Assembly: GCA_964596525.1 (NCBI GenBank)
Contig: CAZQUL010000001.1
Location: 1,015,723-1,079,722 of the forward strand
Source of the DNA: an uncultured Gammaproteobacteria bacterium
Lineage (GTDB): Bacteria > Patescibacteriota > Patescibacteriia > Magasanikbacterales > GWA2-37-8
Direction of reading: 5' to 3'
DNA: 64,000 nt
Shown here: in pieces, positions 30,170 through 39,934 of the stretch
Position numbering within the stretch: position 1 is the stretch's first letter
Layout: the number at the start of each line of letters is the position of its first letter
Notes under the pieces: generated by a model
Seen by the model: the letters and a program-made list of their open reading frames with translations, nothing else
The model's database searches: none
What the model was told of the DNA's origin: nothing
Position numbers and translations under genes: made by a program

Positions 30170-30982
30170 ATGAATATTTCATTCCGCCCCCGGCATCTCA
30201 TTATTACAGCTTTGGGAGTAGCGGTCGTGGCCGGGGGAGTGTACGCGGGGATTTTTAGAAAAATATATGATTACGCTGGCAGTGCGCTTGGCACTTTTTT
30301 GGTTCCTTGGCGTTCGTTTAGCGTAAAAATGGAGAATGAGAATCGTTTCTTCCAGAACCGTTCGGAATTTTTTGCTGCCTATCGTCAGTGTGTCGAAACG
30401 CTCACTGATAGTGCTGCTCTTGAGGCGCGTCTCGAACTTGTTATGGCTGAAAACCAACGTCTGCGCGAACAATTATCATTTCAAACTGGCAACGAGCGGC
30501 GGCTTGTGCTAGCTGATGTTGTTGGTACCGAACAGAGCGGTAACGAGCAAATCATCATCATTAATCGCGGCACGAGCGATGGGGCAATCGTCGGTGTGCC
30601 TATTATCGTCGGCAAAGGAACGGTAGTAGGAAAAATCATCCGTGTAGAAAATAATCAATCATTCGCCCGGCTTATTCTTGACCCGAAAAGCCGCCTGGAG
30701 GCTACTGTTATAAACGAAGATCGCACGCTCGGCATTGTTGAGGGAGGTTTCGGTGTCAGCTTGCGCATGATGTTTGTGCCGCGTAACGAGAATATTCTCG
30801 TTAACCAGGCCATTGTTACCTCGGGGCGTGATCAACTCATTCCGCGCGGGCTCTTTATTGGCACGGTAACAGCGGTTGAAAATGAAGCCTATCAAGGGTT
30901 TCAGCGCATCACTCTTTCTCCGGGCACAGATCTTACTAAGTTGACTGAAGTCAGTCTCGTTCTCCCTTCTCAATCTCCTTAA
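30170..30982 (+). CDS. mreC: rod shape-determining protein MreC
   Basis: N-terminal TM, coiled-coil (LEARLELVMAENQRLREQL), beta-rich C-domain; position after mreB. Confidence 0.8.
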   Translation: MNISFRPRHLIITALGVAVVAGGVYAGIFRKIYDYAGSALGTFLVPWRSFSVKMENENRFFQNRSEFFAAYRQCVETLTDSAALEARLELVMAENQRLREQLSFQTGNERRLVLADVVGTEQSGNEQIIIINRGTSDGAIVGVPIIVGKGTVVGKIIRVENNQSFARLILDPKSRLEATVINEDRTLGIVEGGFGVSLRMMFVPRNENILVNQAIVTSGRDQLIPRGLFIGTVTAVENEAYQGFQRITLSPGTDLTKLTEVSLVLPSQSP

Positions 30983-30986
30983 TCAT

Positions 30987-31520
30987 ATGGTGTTGAGGCG
31001 GATTTTAGGTAGCATTTTTGCGCTCGGAGTCGGCGTTGTTATGGTTGTGTTCGAGGCTATGCTGCACGCCCTTAACATGCCCTGGCTTGCCAGCGTGCAT
31101 ATCGTATTGGTGGGGCTAGCCGTTTTGGCTGCACCTCCGTCTGTTTTGCGTATTGAAACGCTCATCACCGCTTTGCTTTTGTCGGAAAGTCTCACAGTGC
31201 TGCCTTTTGGCATCCTATCATTCATGTATCTGTTGGTATGGGGGGTGGTCGGTTTTTTATGGCGCGTAGCCTTTACGGATACTACCTGGCGCACTATAGT
31301 GGTAAGTACGATGGCCACATTGGGTATGTGGTACACCGTTCTCGTATCATATCGTTTTATAGAAACTATCGCGCACGTAGCAACCCCCCGCATCTCCTTG
31401 TCTCCAAGTCGGATGGTGGTGGATGCGGGTGTTTGTCTTGTTTTCGCCCTTTTGGTCTATGGCTTGCGCAAGTTATTTCTTAAGATCAAACCTGCCCGCC
31501 GGCCGATAATTGTGTCGTAA
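30987..31520 (+). CDS. mreD: rod shape-determining protein MreD (membrane)
   Basis: 177-aa multi-TM protein between mreC and PBP2, overlapping the PBP2 start. Confidence 0.6.
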   Translation: MVLRRILGSIFALGVGVVMVVFEAMLHALNMPWLASVHIVLVGLAVLAAPPSVLRIETLITALLLSESLTVLPFGILSFMYLLVWGVVGFLWRVAFTDTTWRTIVVSTMATLGMWYTVLVSYRFIETIAHVATPRISLSPSRMVVDAGVCLVFALLVYGLRKLFLKIKPARRPIIVS

Positions 31521-33561
31521 ACGTATGTTGAAGTGGCTCAATTCCTGGTTTGGTACTAAGCGTGAGCATTCTGTTGATTGGGTGGAAACTTCTTTCGATC
31601 TTGAAACGCTAGTTCCCATCGACAAAAATGCTCCGCCCCGATCATCTTGGTATGTAGGCAACCTTATTACCCCGCGTCGCCGCCGCTGGTTTTTAAGCAT
31701 TCTTTTTTTTGGCCTCACGGTATTAGGCGGACGTGTCTTTCAGCTCCAGGTCGTCCGCGGCGCAGAACTTTCACTTCAGGCTGAACGTAATCGCGTTCGT
31801 GTGATCCCAATCGTCGCAGAACGTGGTGTGGTATATGACCGTTTCGGTTTGGAGCTCACCCATAACGTGCCCAGTTTTTCGCTGAGTATCGTGCCGCAAG
31901 GCCTTCCTAACGTACGCACACAAGCGGCTGAACGTGCGGCTCTTATCGAACGTATTGCTGCGGTGGCCGAGGTGCCAATCGAGGAGGTGCATAAACGTTT
32001 GGAACGTGCACGCGCAGCGAGTTACCAGTCGCTTACTATCAAAGAAAACTTGAGCTACGAAACCGCACTCAGCCTTTACCTGCAAAATGATGATTTCCCG
32101 GGCATGGTCATTGAGACCGGTGTTAAACGCTGGTACGGGTTAGTAACGCCCAAAATTACGCGGCCTAATGTCCTCAGCGTCCTCTCAACCACCACGACAC
32201 CGGTTACACCGTCTACCACGAGCCCACTTCCCTCCAGCATGTCACATCTGCTTGGTTATCTGGGCAAAGTAACCGATGAAGAATGGGAAACGCTCAAAGA
32301 TCAGGGTTATCTGCAAACGGATGCGCTTGGAAAGAGCGGTTTGGAACGCAGTTATGAATCGGTCTTGCGTGGTGCTTATGGAAAAAAAACCATCGAAATC
32401 GACGCACTCGACCGTGAGCAACGCGTGGTTTCGGTTGAAGCGCCAGTACCGGGAAATAATCTTTTTTTGACGATAGATCTTGAGGCGCAACGCGTGCTTG
32501 AAGAAGCTGTGCAAAGAACGCTCGAAAAAAACAAAAAAACGCGCGCTGCGGCCATTGCTCTTAATCCAAATACCGGCGCGATTTATGCGCTCGTGAGCTA
32601 TCCATCGTTCAATAACAATGATTTTTCTGGTGGTATTTCAGCGGTGCGCTACAAAGAATATCTTGATAATCCTGACCATCCGCTCTTCAATCGTGCAATC
32701 GGCGGCGCTTATCCGCCCGGCTCAACTCTTAAACCGGTGGTTGCTGCTGCTGCGTTTGAAGAGGGGATTATCAATTCGCGTACATCGTTTCTTAGTACTG
32801 GCGGTCTAAAAACCGGCGATCGCTTTTTTCCGGATTGGAAAGCGGGTGGCCATGGCATTACGAATGTCACCAAAGCATTGGCCTGGTCGGTCAATACGTT
32901 TTTTTACTACGTTGGCGGTGGTTACGAAGATTTCAAAGGCGTTGGAATCCGTACGCTGGCCACCTACCTTACCCGCTTCGGCTTAGGTGCCAAGACCGGG
33001 CTTGATATTCCAGGTGAGCAAACCGGTTATGTTCCTACGCCCGACGCCAAAAAAGAGCGGACCGGTCAAGATTGGTATGTGGGCGATACGTATAATGTTT
33101 CTATTGGCCAGGGTGACACTATCGTTTCTCCGTTGCACGTTGCCGTTTGGACGGCAGCTTTCGCCAATGGCGGAAAAAAAATCCAACCACATCTGGTTGA
33201 GACCATCGTTAATCCGGTAACCAAAGAAAAAAAGACGCAAAGCCCGTCTACCACACCTATCGGCCTTAGCACTGATGCTGTGTCTATCGTACGCCAGGGG
33301 ATGCGTGAGTGCGTTACCTACGGCAGCTGCAATTTGCTGCGCAATCTTCCGTTCACGAGCGGCGGAAAAACTGGTACTGCGCAGTGGAACCGCAACAAAG
33401 ATACCCATGCCTGGTTCACGTCGTTTGCCCCGTATAACAGTCCGCAGATTGTCGTTACCGTTATTGTAGAAGAGGGCGGGGAGGGTTCGGTGGCAGCACA
33501 GCCCGTAGCCCGTGATTTCTTGGATTGGTGGGGGAAGAAATACCTGTACCAGAACCGTTGA
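31510..33561 (+). CDS. mrdA: penicillin-binding protein 2 (class B PBP, elongation-specific transpeptidase)
   Basis: N-terminal TM, PBP dimerisation domain, transpeptidase motifs STLKP (SxxK), SVN (SxN), KTGTA; follows mreBCD. Confidence 0.85.
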   Translation: MCRKRMLKWLNSWFGTKREHSVDWVETSFDLETLVPIDKNAPPRSSWYVGNLITPRRRRWFLSILFFGLTVLGGRVFQLQVVRGAELSLQAERNRVRVIPIVAERGVVYDRFGLELTHNVPSFSLSIVPQGLPNVRTQAAERAALIERIAAVAEVPIEEVHKRLERARAASYQSLTIKENLSYETALSLYLQNDDFPGMVIETGVKRWYGLVTPKITRPNVLSVLSTTTTPVTPSTTSPLPSSMSHLLGYLGKVTDEEWETLKDQGYLQTDALGKSGLERSYESVLRGAYGKKTIEIDALDREQRVVSVEAPVPGNNLFLTIDLEAQRVLEEAVQRTLEKNKKTRAAAIALNPNTGAIYALVSYPSFNNNDFSGGISAVRYKEYLDNPDHPLFNRAIGGAYPPGSTLKPVVAAAAFEEGIINSRTSFLSTGGLKTGDRFFPDWKAGGHGITNVTKALAWSVNTFFYYVGGGYEDFKGVGIRTLATYLTRFGLGAKTGLDIPGEQTGYVPTPDAKKERTGQDWYVGDTYNVSIGQGDTIVSPLHVAVWTAAFANGGKKIQPHLVETIVNPVTKEKKTQSPSTTPIGLSTDAVSIVRQGMRECVTYGSCNLLRNLPFTSGGKTGTAQWNRNKDTHAWFTSFAPYNSPQIVVTVIVEEGGEGSVAAQPVARDFLDWWGKKYLYQNR

Positions 33562-33657
33562 CAACACCTTCAGTACCCTCTATCATGGGGCTGTGTTATA
33601 CTTATCCTTAGTCGTCAGTATCCAATCTGACGCTTTCTTAGTCTTAGTTCTAAACCA

Positions 33658-34131
33658 TTGCGTATGAATGACGCAGTGCAGTACCTTTCGGCCGAAAGTC
33701 TCGCTTCCCTCAAAGAGGAATACACTACGCTGCGCGAAGTGACCATTCCGGAAATCGCGAAACGCATCGATGACGCCAAGCAGCAAGGGGATTTATCCGA
33801 AAACGCCGAATACCATCAGGCGCGCGAAGACATGTCCTGGGCGCAGGGCCGCCTTCAGGAACTCGAAGAGATCATCTCCAATTCCCAGATCATCACCAAG
33901 AAAAATACCAGCGCCGTACAAATCGGCAGCAAAGTGATTATTCGCGGCGCTGACAAGCGTGAACGCGAATACACCATCGTCGGCGCGCAAGAAGTGAACC
34001 CGGCCAAAGGACTCATCTCCAACGAATCGCCCATCGGCCAGGCCCTCATTGGCCGTGAAGAAGGAGAATCGGTTGAGGTCAACGCTCCCTCAGGTAAAGT
34101 TTCGTACAAGATCGTCAAAGTCCAGCAGTAA
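33658..34131 (+). CDS. greA: transcription elongation factor GreA
   Basis: 157 aa; N-terminal coiled-coil with acidic tip (DLSENAEYH), C-terminal FKBP-like domain. Confidence 0.9.
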   Translation: MRMNDAVQYLSAESLASLKEEYTTLREVTIPEIAKRIDDAKQQGDLSENAEYHQAREDMSWAQGRLQELEEIISNSQIITKKNTSAVQIGSKVIIRGADKREREYTIVGAQEVNPAKGLISNESPIGQALIGREEGESVEVNAPSGKVSYKIVKVQQ

Positions 34132-34136
34132 GAGCG

Positions 34137-34178
34137 AGGCGCGCCGGAGGATGTAAAATCCCACGGCGCGTTTTTTGT
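34137..34178 (+). terminator. rho-independent terminator after greA
   Basis: GGCGCGCCG...CGGCGCG hairpin followed by TTTTTTGTTT. Confidence 0.6.
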
Positions 34179-34249
34179 TTAAGTAGGGGAATGCTGATTG
34201 ACTTTTCCCTCTTTTTTAGTACACTTTACTCATACTTATCCTCTTTATT

Positions 34250-35767
34250 ATGGCTTCCGTGCCTCCCTCACCCGAATCCGAAAAAACAACCGTTCCGCCC
34301 CGCGAAGATGCGGTGCGTCTGGAGCATCTCAACACCTTTAAAGAAATGGGCATCGAACCGTTTCCGTCTACAGCGCATCGTACGCACACTTTAGCCGAAG
34401 CGCGCGCGGCAGAGCAGGGGAGTGCTGTGACAGTTATAGGCCGCTTGGTGGGAATGCGTACTATGGGACGCCTGTGCTTTGCCCACCTCAAGGATTTTTC
34501 CAGCAAACTGCAGCTGGCAGTTTCCGAACAAGAAATCGGCAAAGAGGCTTTCCGTTTATTTACCAAAACGTTTGATGTCGGTGATTTTTTAGAAGTGGAT
34601 GGCGAGATGTTTACAACGCATAAAGGTGAAATCAGTGTGCGCGTAAAAGCATTCCGTTTGCGGGGCAAAGCGCTTCTGCCCATGCCAGAAAAATGGCATG
34701 GACTGCAGAATGTCGAATCTCGCTACCGCCAGCGCTACCTCGACCTCATGAGCAATGAGGAGTCGATGCGCGTTGCGGTATTGCGCAGCGTTTTAGTGCG
34801 CGAAATACGGAATTTTTTCGACAGCAAAGGTTTTTTCGAAGTGGAGACACCGGTTTTGCAAACCCTGTATGGCGGTGCTAACGCTCAACCGTTTGTTACG
34901 CACCACGAAGCGCTCGATATGCGTCTTTACTTGCGCATCGCACCCGAACTGTATCTAAAACGCCTCATTGTTGGCGGTTTTGAAAAAGTATACGAAGTGG
35001 CTAAATGCTTCCGGAACGAAGGCATCGACCACAACCACAATCCTGAATTCACACAGATCGAGTATTATTGGGCCTATGCCGATTATCGTGATTCCATGAA
35101 GCTCGTTGAGGAACTATTGCCGCGCCTTATTATAGCTGCAGGACTTCCGCTTGTGTTTACTCATGCCGATGGAAAAGAAGTTAATTTTACGCCGCCCTAC
35201 CCGGTAAAAACCATGCGCGAACTTATTGTGGAATACGCTAAGCTCGATATCGAAGATTTCCCCGATCAGAAATCCCTTTTTGCCGAAGCAAAAAAACGCG
35301 GTGTCGAAGTTGAGGCGTTTGACGGCCGGGGAAAAATCATTGATGAAATCTATAAAAAATTCGCGCGTCCGTTCATAGTTAACCCACTCTTTGTCACCGA
35401 CCATCCAGTTGAGCTCTCGCCGCTTGCCAAACGCAAGATAGACGATCCGCGCTACACTGAGCGTTTTCAACTCCTGTGCGTTGGTGGAAACGAACTCTGT
35501 AATGCTTTTTCGGAACTTAATGATCCGATCGACCAGGAAGAACGGTTTAAAGAGCAGGAACGCCTCAAACTCGAAGGCGATACGGAAGGAATGCCGCATG
35601 ACGAGGATTATGTCACTGCGCTTAAACACGGTCTGCCACCCACGACCGGTTTAGGCATGGGCATCGATCGTTTGGTTAAGCTTCTTGTTGGTGCGCCGAA
35701 TTTAAAAGAAGTCATTCTTTTTCCTACGCTCCGTCCCGAACAAGGGGTGGAAAATCAAAAAACCTGA
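34250..35767 (+). CDS. lysS: lysine--tRNA ligase, class II
   Basis: OB anticodon-binding N-domain, class II motifs FRNEGIDHNHNPEFTQIEYYWAYADY and GLGMGIDRLV. Confidence 0.92.
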   Translation: MASVPPSPESEKTTVPPREDAVRLEHLNTFKEMGIEPFPSTAHRTHTLAEARAAEQGSAVTVIGRLVGMRTMGRLCFAHLKDFSSKLQLAVSEQEIGKEAFRLFTKTFDVGDFLEVDGEMFTTHKGEISVRVKAFRLRGKALLPMPEKWHGLQNVESRYRQRYLDLMSNEESMRVAVLRSVLVREIRNFFDSKGFFEVETPVLQTLYGGANAQPFVTHHEALDMRLYLRIAPELYLKRLIVGGFEKVYEVAKCFRNEGIDHNHNPEFTQIEYYWAYADYRDSMKLVEELLPRLIIAAGLPLVFTHADGKEVNFTPPYPVKTMRELIVEYAKLDIEDFPDQKSLFAEAKKRGVEVEAFDGRGKIIDEIYKKFARPFIVNPLFVTDHPVELSPLAKRKIDDPRYTERFQLLCVGGNELCNAFSELNDPIDQEERFKEQERLKLEGDTEGMPHDEDYVTALKHGLPPTTGLGMGIDRLVKLLVGAPNLKEVILFPTLRPEQGVENQKT

Positions 35768-35807
35768 GGATCGCTCAGGTAAAAAAGAACGTGGAACCAA
35801 CCGACGG

Positions 35808-36149
35808 TTAGTCGTCGTTTGAGCCGCTACTTGAATCACCCCCCGAATCATTCTTTGGCCTGATGGGCGGAGAGGGTCGTGGCGGCGGCGGGGGCGAGGG
35901 CAGCAATTGTCCGGCCACTTTCTGCACCATGATTCCGCCCACTCCGCCAACGGGAACTATGGTTGGTGGCGCAGCCGGCGGATCGGAGCAACCGCCCCCT
36001 CCTTCAGGGCCATCCACTCCTCCTAGGAGGAGGGCAGTAAACACAAGCGCAAAACCCTTGTAGCCAGACGTAAGCTTCCTTCTCATGATTGACCTCGTCC
36101 CCATAATGAGGTTGCGATAAGTATACGGTAAAAGGGGATTATTTTCCAT
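35808..36149 (-). CDS. small Pro/Gly-rich secreted hypothetical protein (start probably at an internal Met)
   Basis: Signal-like KGFALVFTALLLG, then PPPPPRPSPP; hairpin plus T-run downstream on the minus strand. Confidence 0.3.
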   Translation of the reverse strand: MENNPLLPYTYRNLIMGTRSIMRRKLTSGYKGFALVFTALLLGGVDGPEGGGGCSDPPAAPPTIVPVGGVGGIMVQKVAGQLLPSPPPPPRPSPPIRPKNDSGGDSSSGSNDD

Positions 36150-36178
36150 TGGCTGTTTGTGTGGATATTCTTAATTGT

Positions 36179-36583
36179 ATGAAAAAGGTGATGGCTTTTG
36201 GCACGTTCGATTTACTTCATCCCGGCCATGTACATTTTCTTAGCCAGGCCAAAAAGCACGGCGATTATTTGGTTGTTGTCATTGCGCGCGATGAGACCGT
36301 GATGCGTGTAAAAGGACGAACGAGCGTGTACGGAGAGCAGGATCGTCAAAAAAATGTTTTGGCGCTCAACATCGCAGACAAAGTTATTTTAGGCAATCTT
36401 GGTGACAAATTTCAGGTCATCCGAGACGAAGCGCCGGATGTCATCGTTTTGGGGTATGACCAAAAAAGTATTGTTGAGAATCTCGAAGAAAAAGTTGGAA
36501 AAAATATAAAAATCGTGCGTCTAGGGTCATTACGACCAGAAATTTATAAAAGTTCTAAGCTACGCGAAAAAAGCGTGCCGTAA
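36179..36583 (+). CDS. nucleotidyltransferase, cytidylyltransferase-like family (FAD synthetase RibL/TagD-like)
   Basis: HxGH-type motif AFGTFDLLHPGHVHFL; about 135 aa; start chosen at the second Met. Confidence 0.6.
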   Translation: MKKVMAFGTFDLLHPGHVHFLSQAKKHGDYLVVVIARDETVMRVKGRTSVYGEQDRQKNVLALNIADKVILGNLGDKFQVIRDEAPDVIVLGYDQKSIVENLEEKVGKNIKIVRLGSLRPEIYKSSKLREKSVP

Positions 36584-36589
36584 ACGAAA

Positions 36590-36620
36590 GACCCGGTTCT
36601 GTAAACCGGGTCTGTTTATG
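36590..36620 (+). terminator. rho-independent terminator (GACCCGGTT ... AACCGGGTC + TGTTTATGTT)
   Basis: 9-bp perfect stem immediately after the 36583 stop. Confidence 0.55.
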
Positions 36621-36635
36621 TTCTCCTTCAACGTC

Positions 36636-36890
36636 CTATCGGTGAAAAGAGGGATCGAGAGCGTTCGCGCCGCCGCCGCAGGTCTTGTTTCCGTCGGCTC
36701 CGACGCACTGCGGACACCAGGCATTAGTGCACTCAGCGCTCGTCTTACACGACGCTCCACACCGCTTTGCCTTGTCGGCACAGGCGTTAGGCACCGCGAG
36801 CGATGCGGACTTTTGAAAGTAGGGGAGCGAAAGGTGTGTAATCAAGAAAAGAACAAGGACGGTCAATCCAAGCACGATCATTTTTTTCAC
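36636..36890 (-). CDS. small secreted Cys-rich hypothetical protein
   Basis: Signal peptide MKKMIVLGLTVLVLFLITHLS; 8 Cys in the C-terminal 45 aa. Confidence 0.4.
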   Translation of the reverse strand: MKKMIVLGLTVLVLFLITHLSLPYFQKSASLAVPNACADKAKRCGASCKTSAECTNAWCPQCVGADGNKTCGGGANALDPSFHR

Positions 36891-37045
36891 GGTAATTCTC
36901 CTTAAGCGAGGCTTCTCGCCTCAATGTTAGCCAGGCCAGCTTATCTGCCTTTACCCATATTGTCAATAATATCACGGGATAAATATAGTGTTCCCCACAC
37001 AATTCAAAAAGCCGCTTTTTGGGCGGCTTTGGGAAAGTATCAAGG

Positions 37046-37210
37046 TTACGTCTCGGATGGTGCTTCTTGGTTGCGTGGGCGCCGCAGAAGCGTAGTGCCA
37101 AGCCACACCGCCGTGGAAATCAGGGCGATGCCAAAAAATAGGCGGGGTGTCCAGTAAAAGAGACCCCCGAGACTTCCGAAACTTACGATGCGAGAAAGTA
37201 TTTTTCGCAT
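37046..37210 (-). CDS. tiny membrane protein (54 aa), hypothetical
   Basis: ATG preceded by GGAGGTCCCC (strong SD); hydrophobic core LFFGIALISTAVWLG; not in the ORF track (<60 aa). Confidence 0.25.
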   Translation of the reverse strand: MRKILSRIVSFGSLGGLFYWTPRLFFGIALISTAVWLGTTLLRRPRNQEAPSET

Positions 37211-37337
37211 GGGGACCTCCTTACCTCCATGGAATCACGGCCTTAGGATCGTGGCAAGATAGAAGGGGATAGAGGGCTGAAAAGCTTTTGACTCAGCCAA
37301 AGCGGCGGGGTATACTGTAGGAACTTTAGAATCCTTT

Positions 37338-38372
37338 ATGACCTTACCTAAGATCCTCATTGCCACCACTAACCAGGGTAAATTCAGCGAATTAGCCTCG
37401 CATTTTTCGGATGCACCTTTTGAGTTTGTGAGCCTCAAGGATGTGGGTCTTGAAACATTCGATGTACCGGAGCCTTTCAACACTACATGGGAAAACGCGT
37501 TGCACAAGGCGCGCTTTTTCGCGGAAAAATCCGGGCTCCTTACTATCTCTGAAGACACGGCCTTTTACGTCAATTATTTGGGTGGCGTACCGGGTGTGCA
37601 TGCCAAGCGCTACGGTGCGAACGACGCGGAGCGTATGGCCAAAGTGCTAGCTGGCTTGGAAGGTGTGCCCGAAGAACAGCGGACTGCATACTTTGAAGCG
37701 CATGCTTGCCTCTTCAATCCCGAGACGAATTCCTTTACCTTATTTGTTGGGCGCATCGACGGACTGATCCCAGTTTCTACGCAAGGAACTATCCGTGAAG
37801 GGATGAGTTATGACAGCCTTTTTTTCTACCCGCCGCTCAACAAGTGTTTGGCCGAAGTATCTATTGCCGAAAAAAACGCCGTGAGCCACCGTGGCCAACT
37901 CGCTCGCCAAATCAAGATATTTCTTTTGCGCCAGTACTCCTTCAAGCAGATCGTTTGTCCGGTGGCGCTTATCGTTAAAGATCGCAAACTATTCCTTAAC
38001 AAACGGCGTGATACTAACGAAAAAATGAACAATAAATGGGAGTTTCCGGGTGGGGGAGTTGATAATGGTGAAGAGGTGCTCGACTGCTTGCGTCGCGAGG
38101 CTAAAGAAGAAACGGGTTTTGATATCAACGTTATCGCTCCTTTGCCTAAAGTGTATACCGTTTCTGGTAATGTCGGTACGACTGATCCGTATCAAGTGTT
38201 CCTTGTGCCGCATGTGGCCGAGATTATTGGCGGGGAGCTCAAACTGGCCGAAGAAGAATCCGCTGGTCATGGTTGGTTTACACTCAATGAAGCTTTGGAG
38301 CTCGATCTTTTGCCGCTTAACAAAACCGCTCTGCGCGAACATCGCGCCTGGCTTTCCACCTATATCGATTAA
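37338..38372 (+). CDS. fusion protein: non-canonical purine NTP pyrophosphatase (RdgB/Ham1/ITPase) N-domain + NUDIX hydrolase C-domain
   Basis: N-terminus ILIATTNQGKFSEL ... (Ham1 fold, residues 1-190); C-terminus Nudix box GGGVDNGEEVLDCLRREAKEETGF. Confidence 0.7.
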   Translation: MTLPKILIATTNQGKFSELASHFSDAPFEFVSLKDVGLETFDVPEPFNTTWENALHKARFFAEKSGLLTISEDTAFYVNYLGGVPGVHAKRYGANDAERMAKVLAGLEGVPEEQRTAYFEAHACLFNPETNSFTLFVGRIDGLIPVSTQGTIREGMSYDSLFFYPPLNKCLAEVSIAEKNAVSHRGQLARQIKIFLLRQYSFKQIVCPVALIVKDRKLFLNKRRDTNEKMNNKWEFPGGGVDNGEEVLDCLRREAKEETGFDINVIAPLPKVYTVSGNVGTTDPYQVFLVPHVAEIIGGELKLAEEESAGHGWFTLNEALELDLLPLNKTALREHRAWLSTYID

Positions 38373-38374
38373 GT

Positions 38375-39676
38375 ATGCTCGACATTAAATTCATTCGTGA
38401 GAATAAAGAATCGGTTGCCCAAAAAAGTAAGGAGAAGGGGAGTAAGGTGGATATTGATGCAGTGCTTGCGCTCGACGAAGAGCGTCGCCAGATCGTTACC
38501 GAGTTTGATAAGTTGCAGGAAGAACGCAATCGTTTGGCTAAAGAGATGGGCCAGGGCGGCAAACCGAGCCCCGAGGTTCTCGCCAAAGGCAAAGAGCTCA
38601 AACAGACTGTTGCTGAAGTAGAAAAGAAACTTCAAGATGTTGAAGCTCGTTTCAGCACACTCCTTAAACAGGTACCTAACATGCCAACAGAAGATACGCC
38701 TGTTGGCGCGAGCGAAGACGACAATAAACTCGAATATGTCTGGGGAGAGAAACCGGTATTTGATTTTCCGGTTAAAAATCACGCTGAGATTGCTACAGCA
38801 CGCGGCTGGATCGACAAAGAGCGTGCTGGGAAGGTGACCGGGGCGCGTTTTGCATATCTCAAAGGAGACATCGTGCGTTTGCAGTTCGCGCTTATCCAAT
38901 TCATTTTCGATACTCTAGGGAGTGAAGATAAAATCAAAGAGATTGCCGCTCAATTTAATGTGGGCGACGTTTCAACCAAACCTTTTACGCCTATCTTGCC
39001 GCCGCTTCTCCTTAAAACCGACATGTACGATGCCATGGATCGCCTAGAGCCCCGCGACGATCGCTATAAGATCGAAGGCGAAGATTTATGGCTCCAGGGT
39101 AGCGCGGAGCATGTGCTTGGTTCAATGCACCGCGGTGAAACGTTTGCCGAAACCGAACTTCCGGTACGCTATATCGGTTACGCCACGTCCTTCCGTAAAG
39201 AAGCTGGTACGTATGGCAAGGATATGGAGGGTATCATCCGCATGCATCAATTCGATAAGCTGGAGATGGAGAGTTTCAGCGCTCCCGAAGCCGCACTAAA
39301 AGAGCATTTTTTGTTCGTTGCCATTCAAGAATACCTGCTGCGCGCACTCGAATTACCGTACCGCAAACTTCTCAAATGCACCTACGACATTGGTAAGCCT
39401 AATGCGCGCGGTGTTGATATGGAAGTCTGGCTTCCAGGACAAGAAAAGTACCGCGAAACGCACACAGCCGACTACATGACCGACTATCAGGCTCGACGCC
39501 TCGATACCCGCTTCAAATCTGCTACCGGAAAAACTGGCCTCATCCATACGAACGATGCTACGGCGCTTGCTCTTGGCCGTGGCATGGTGGCGATCATGGA
39601 AAACTACCAAACCACCGATGCGCACGTGCGCGTGCCGAGCGTTTTAGTTCCCTACCTCAAAACAGAGATTTTATAA
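38375..39676 (+). CDS. serS: serine--tRNA ligase
   Basis: N-terminal coiled-coil arm (MLDIKFIRENKE ...), class II core (RFAYLKGD, FRKEAGTYGKDMEGIIRMHQFDKLE, GRGMVAIMEN). Confidence 0.92.
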   Translation: MLDIKFIRENKESVAQKSKEKGSKVDIDAVLALDEERRQIVTEFDKLQEERNRLAKEMGQGGKPSPEVLAKGKELKQTVAEVEKKLQDVEARFSTLLKQVPNMPTEDTPVGASEDDNKLEYVWGEKPVFDFPVKNHAEIATARGWIDKERAGKVTGARFAYLKGDIVRLQFALIQFIFDTLGSEDKIKEIAAQFNVGDVSTKPFTPILPPLLLKTDMYDAMDRLEPRDDRYKIEGEDLWLQGSAEHVLGSMHRGETFAETELPVRYIGYATSFRKEAGTYGKDMEGIIRMHQFDKLEMESFSAPEAALKEHFLFVAIQEYLLRALELPYRKLLKCTYDIGKPNARGVDMEVWLPGQEKYRETHTADYMTDYQARRLDTRFKSATGKTGLIHTNDATALALGRGMVAIMENYQTTDAHVRVPSVLVPYLKTEIL

Positions 39677-39683
39677 GTTAAGC

Positions 39684-39914
39684 ATGAAGGCACCCGAGAA
39701 TATGCCGGAGGTTTCAAAAAATAAACCTTTTATCTACGGGGTTTATGGCATTATTGTTGTAACACTTCTCGGATTTTTTGCTCTTGTGGTGCGTTCTACG
39801 CTGTGGCTCATCAACAATAGCAGTGCTTTTTCACGCCGCGACACGAGCCGTATCAGTTTTGAGCGACTCTACGGCCTCCTTGCTCCGCCTGGAGCCGAAG
39901 TAGACGAAAAGTAA
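39684..39914 (+). CDS. small membrane protein, hypothetical
   Basis: 76 aa with one strongly hydrophobic helix (IYGVYGIIVVTLLGFFALVV). Confidence 0.3.
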   Translation: MKAPENMPEVSKNKPFIYGVYGIIVVTLLGFFALVVRSTLWLINNSSAFSRRDTSRISFERLYGLLAPPGAEVDEK

Positions 39915-39934
39915 GCCTCTAAAATCAGTTATGT

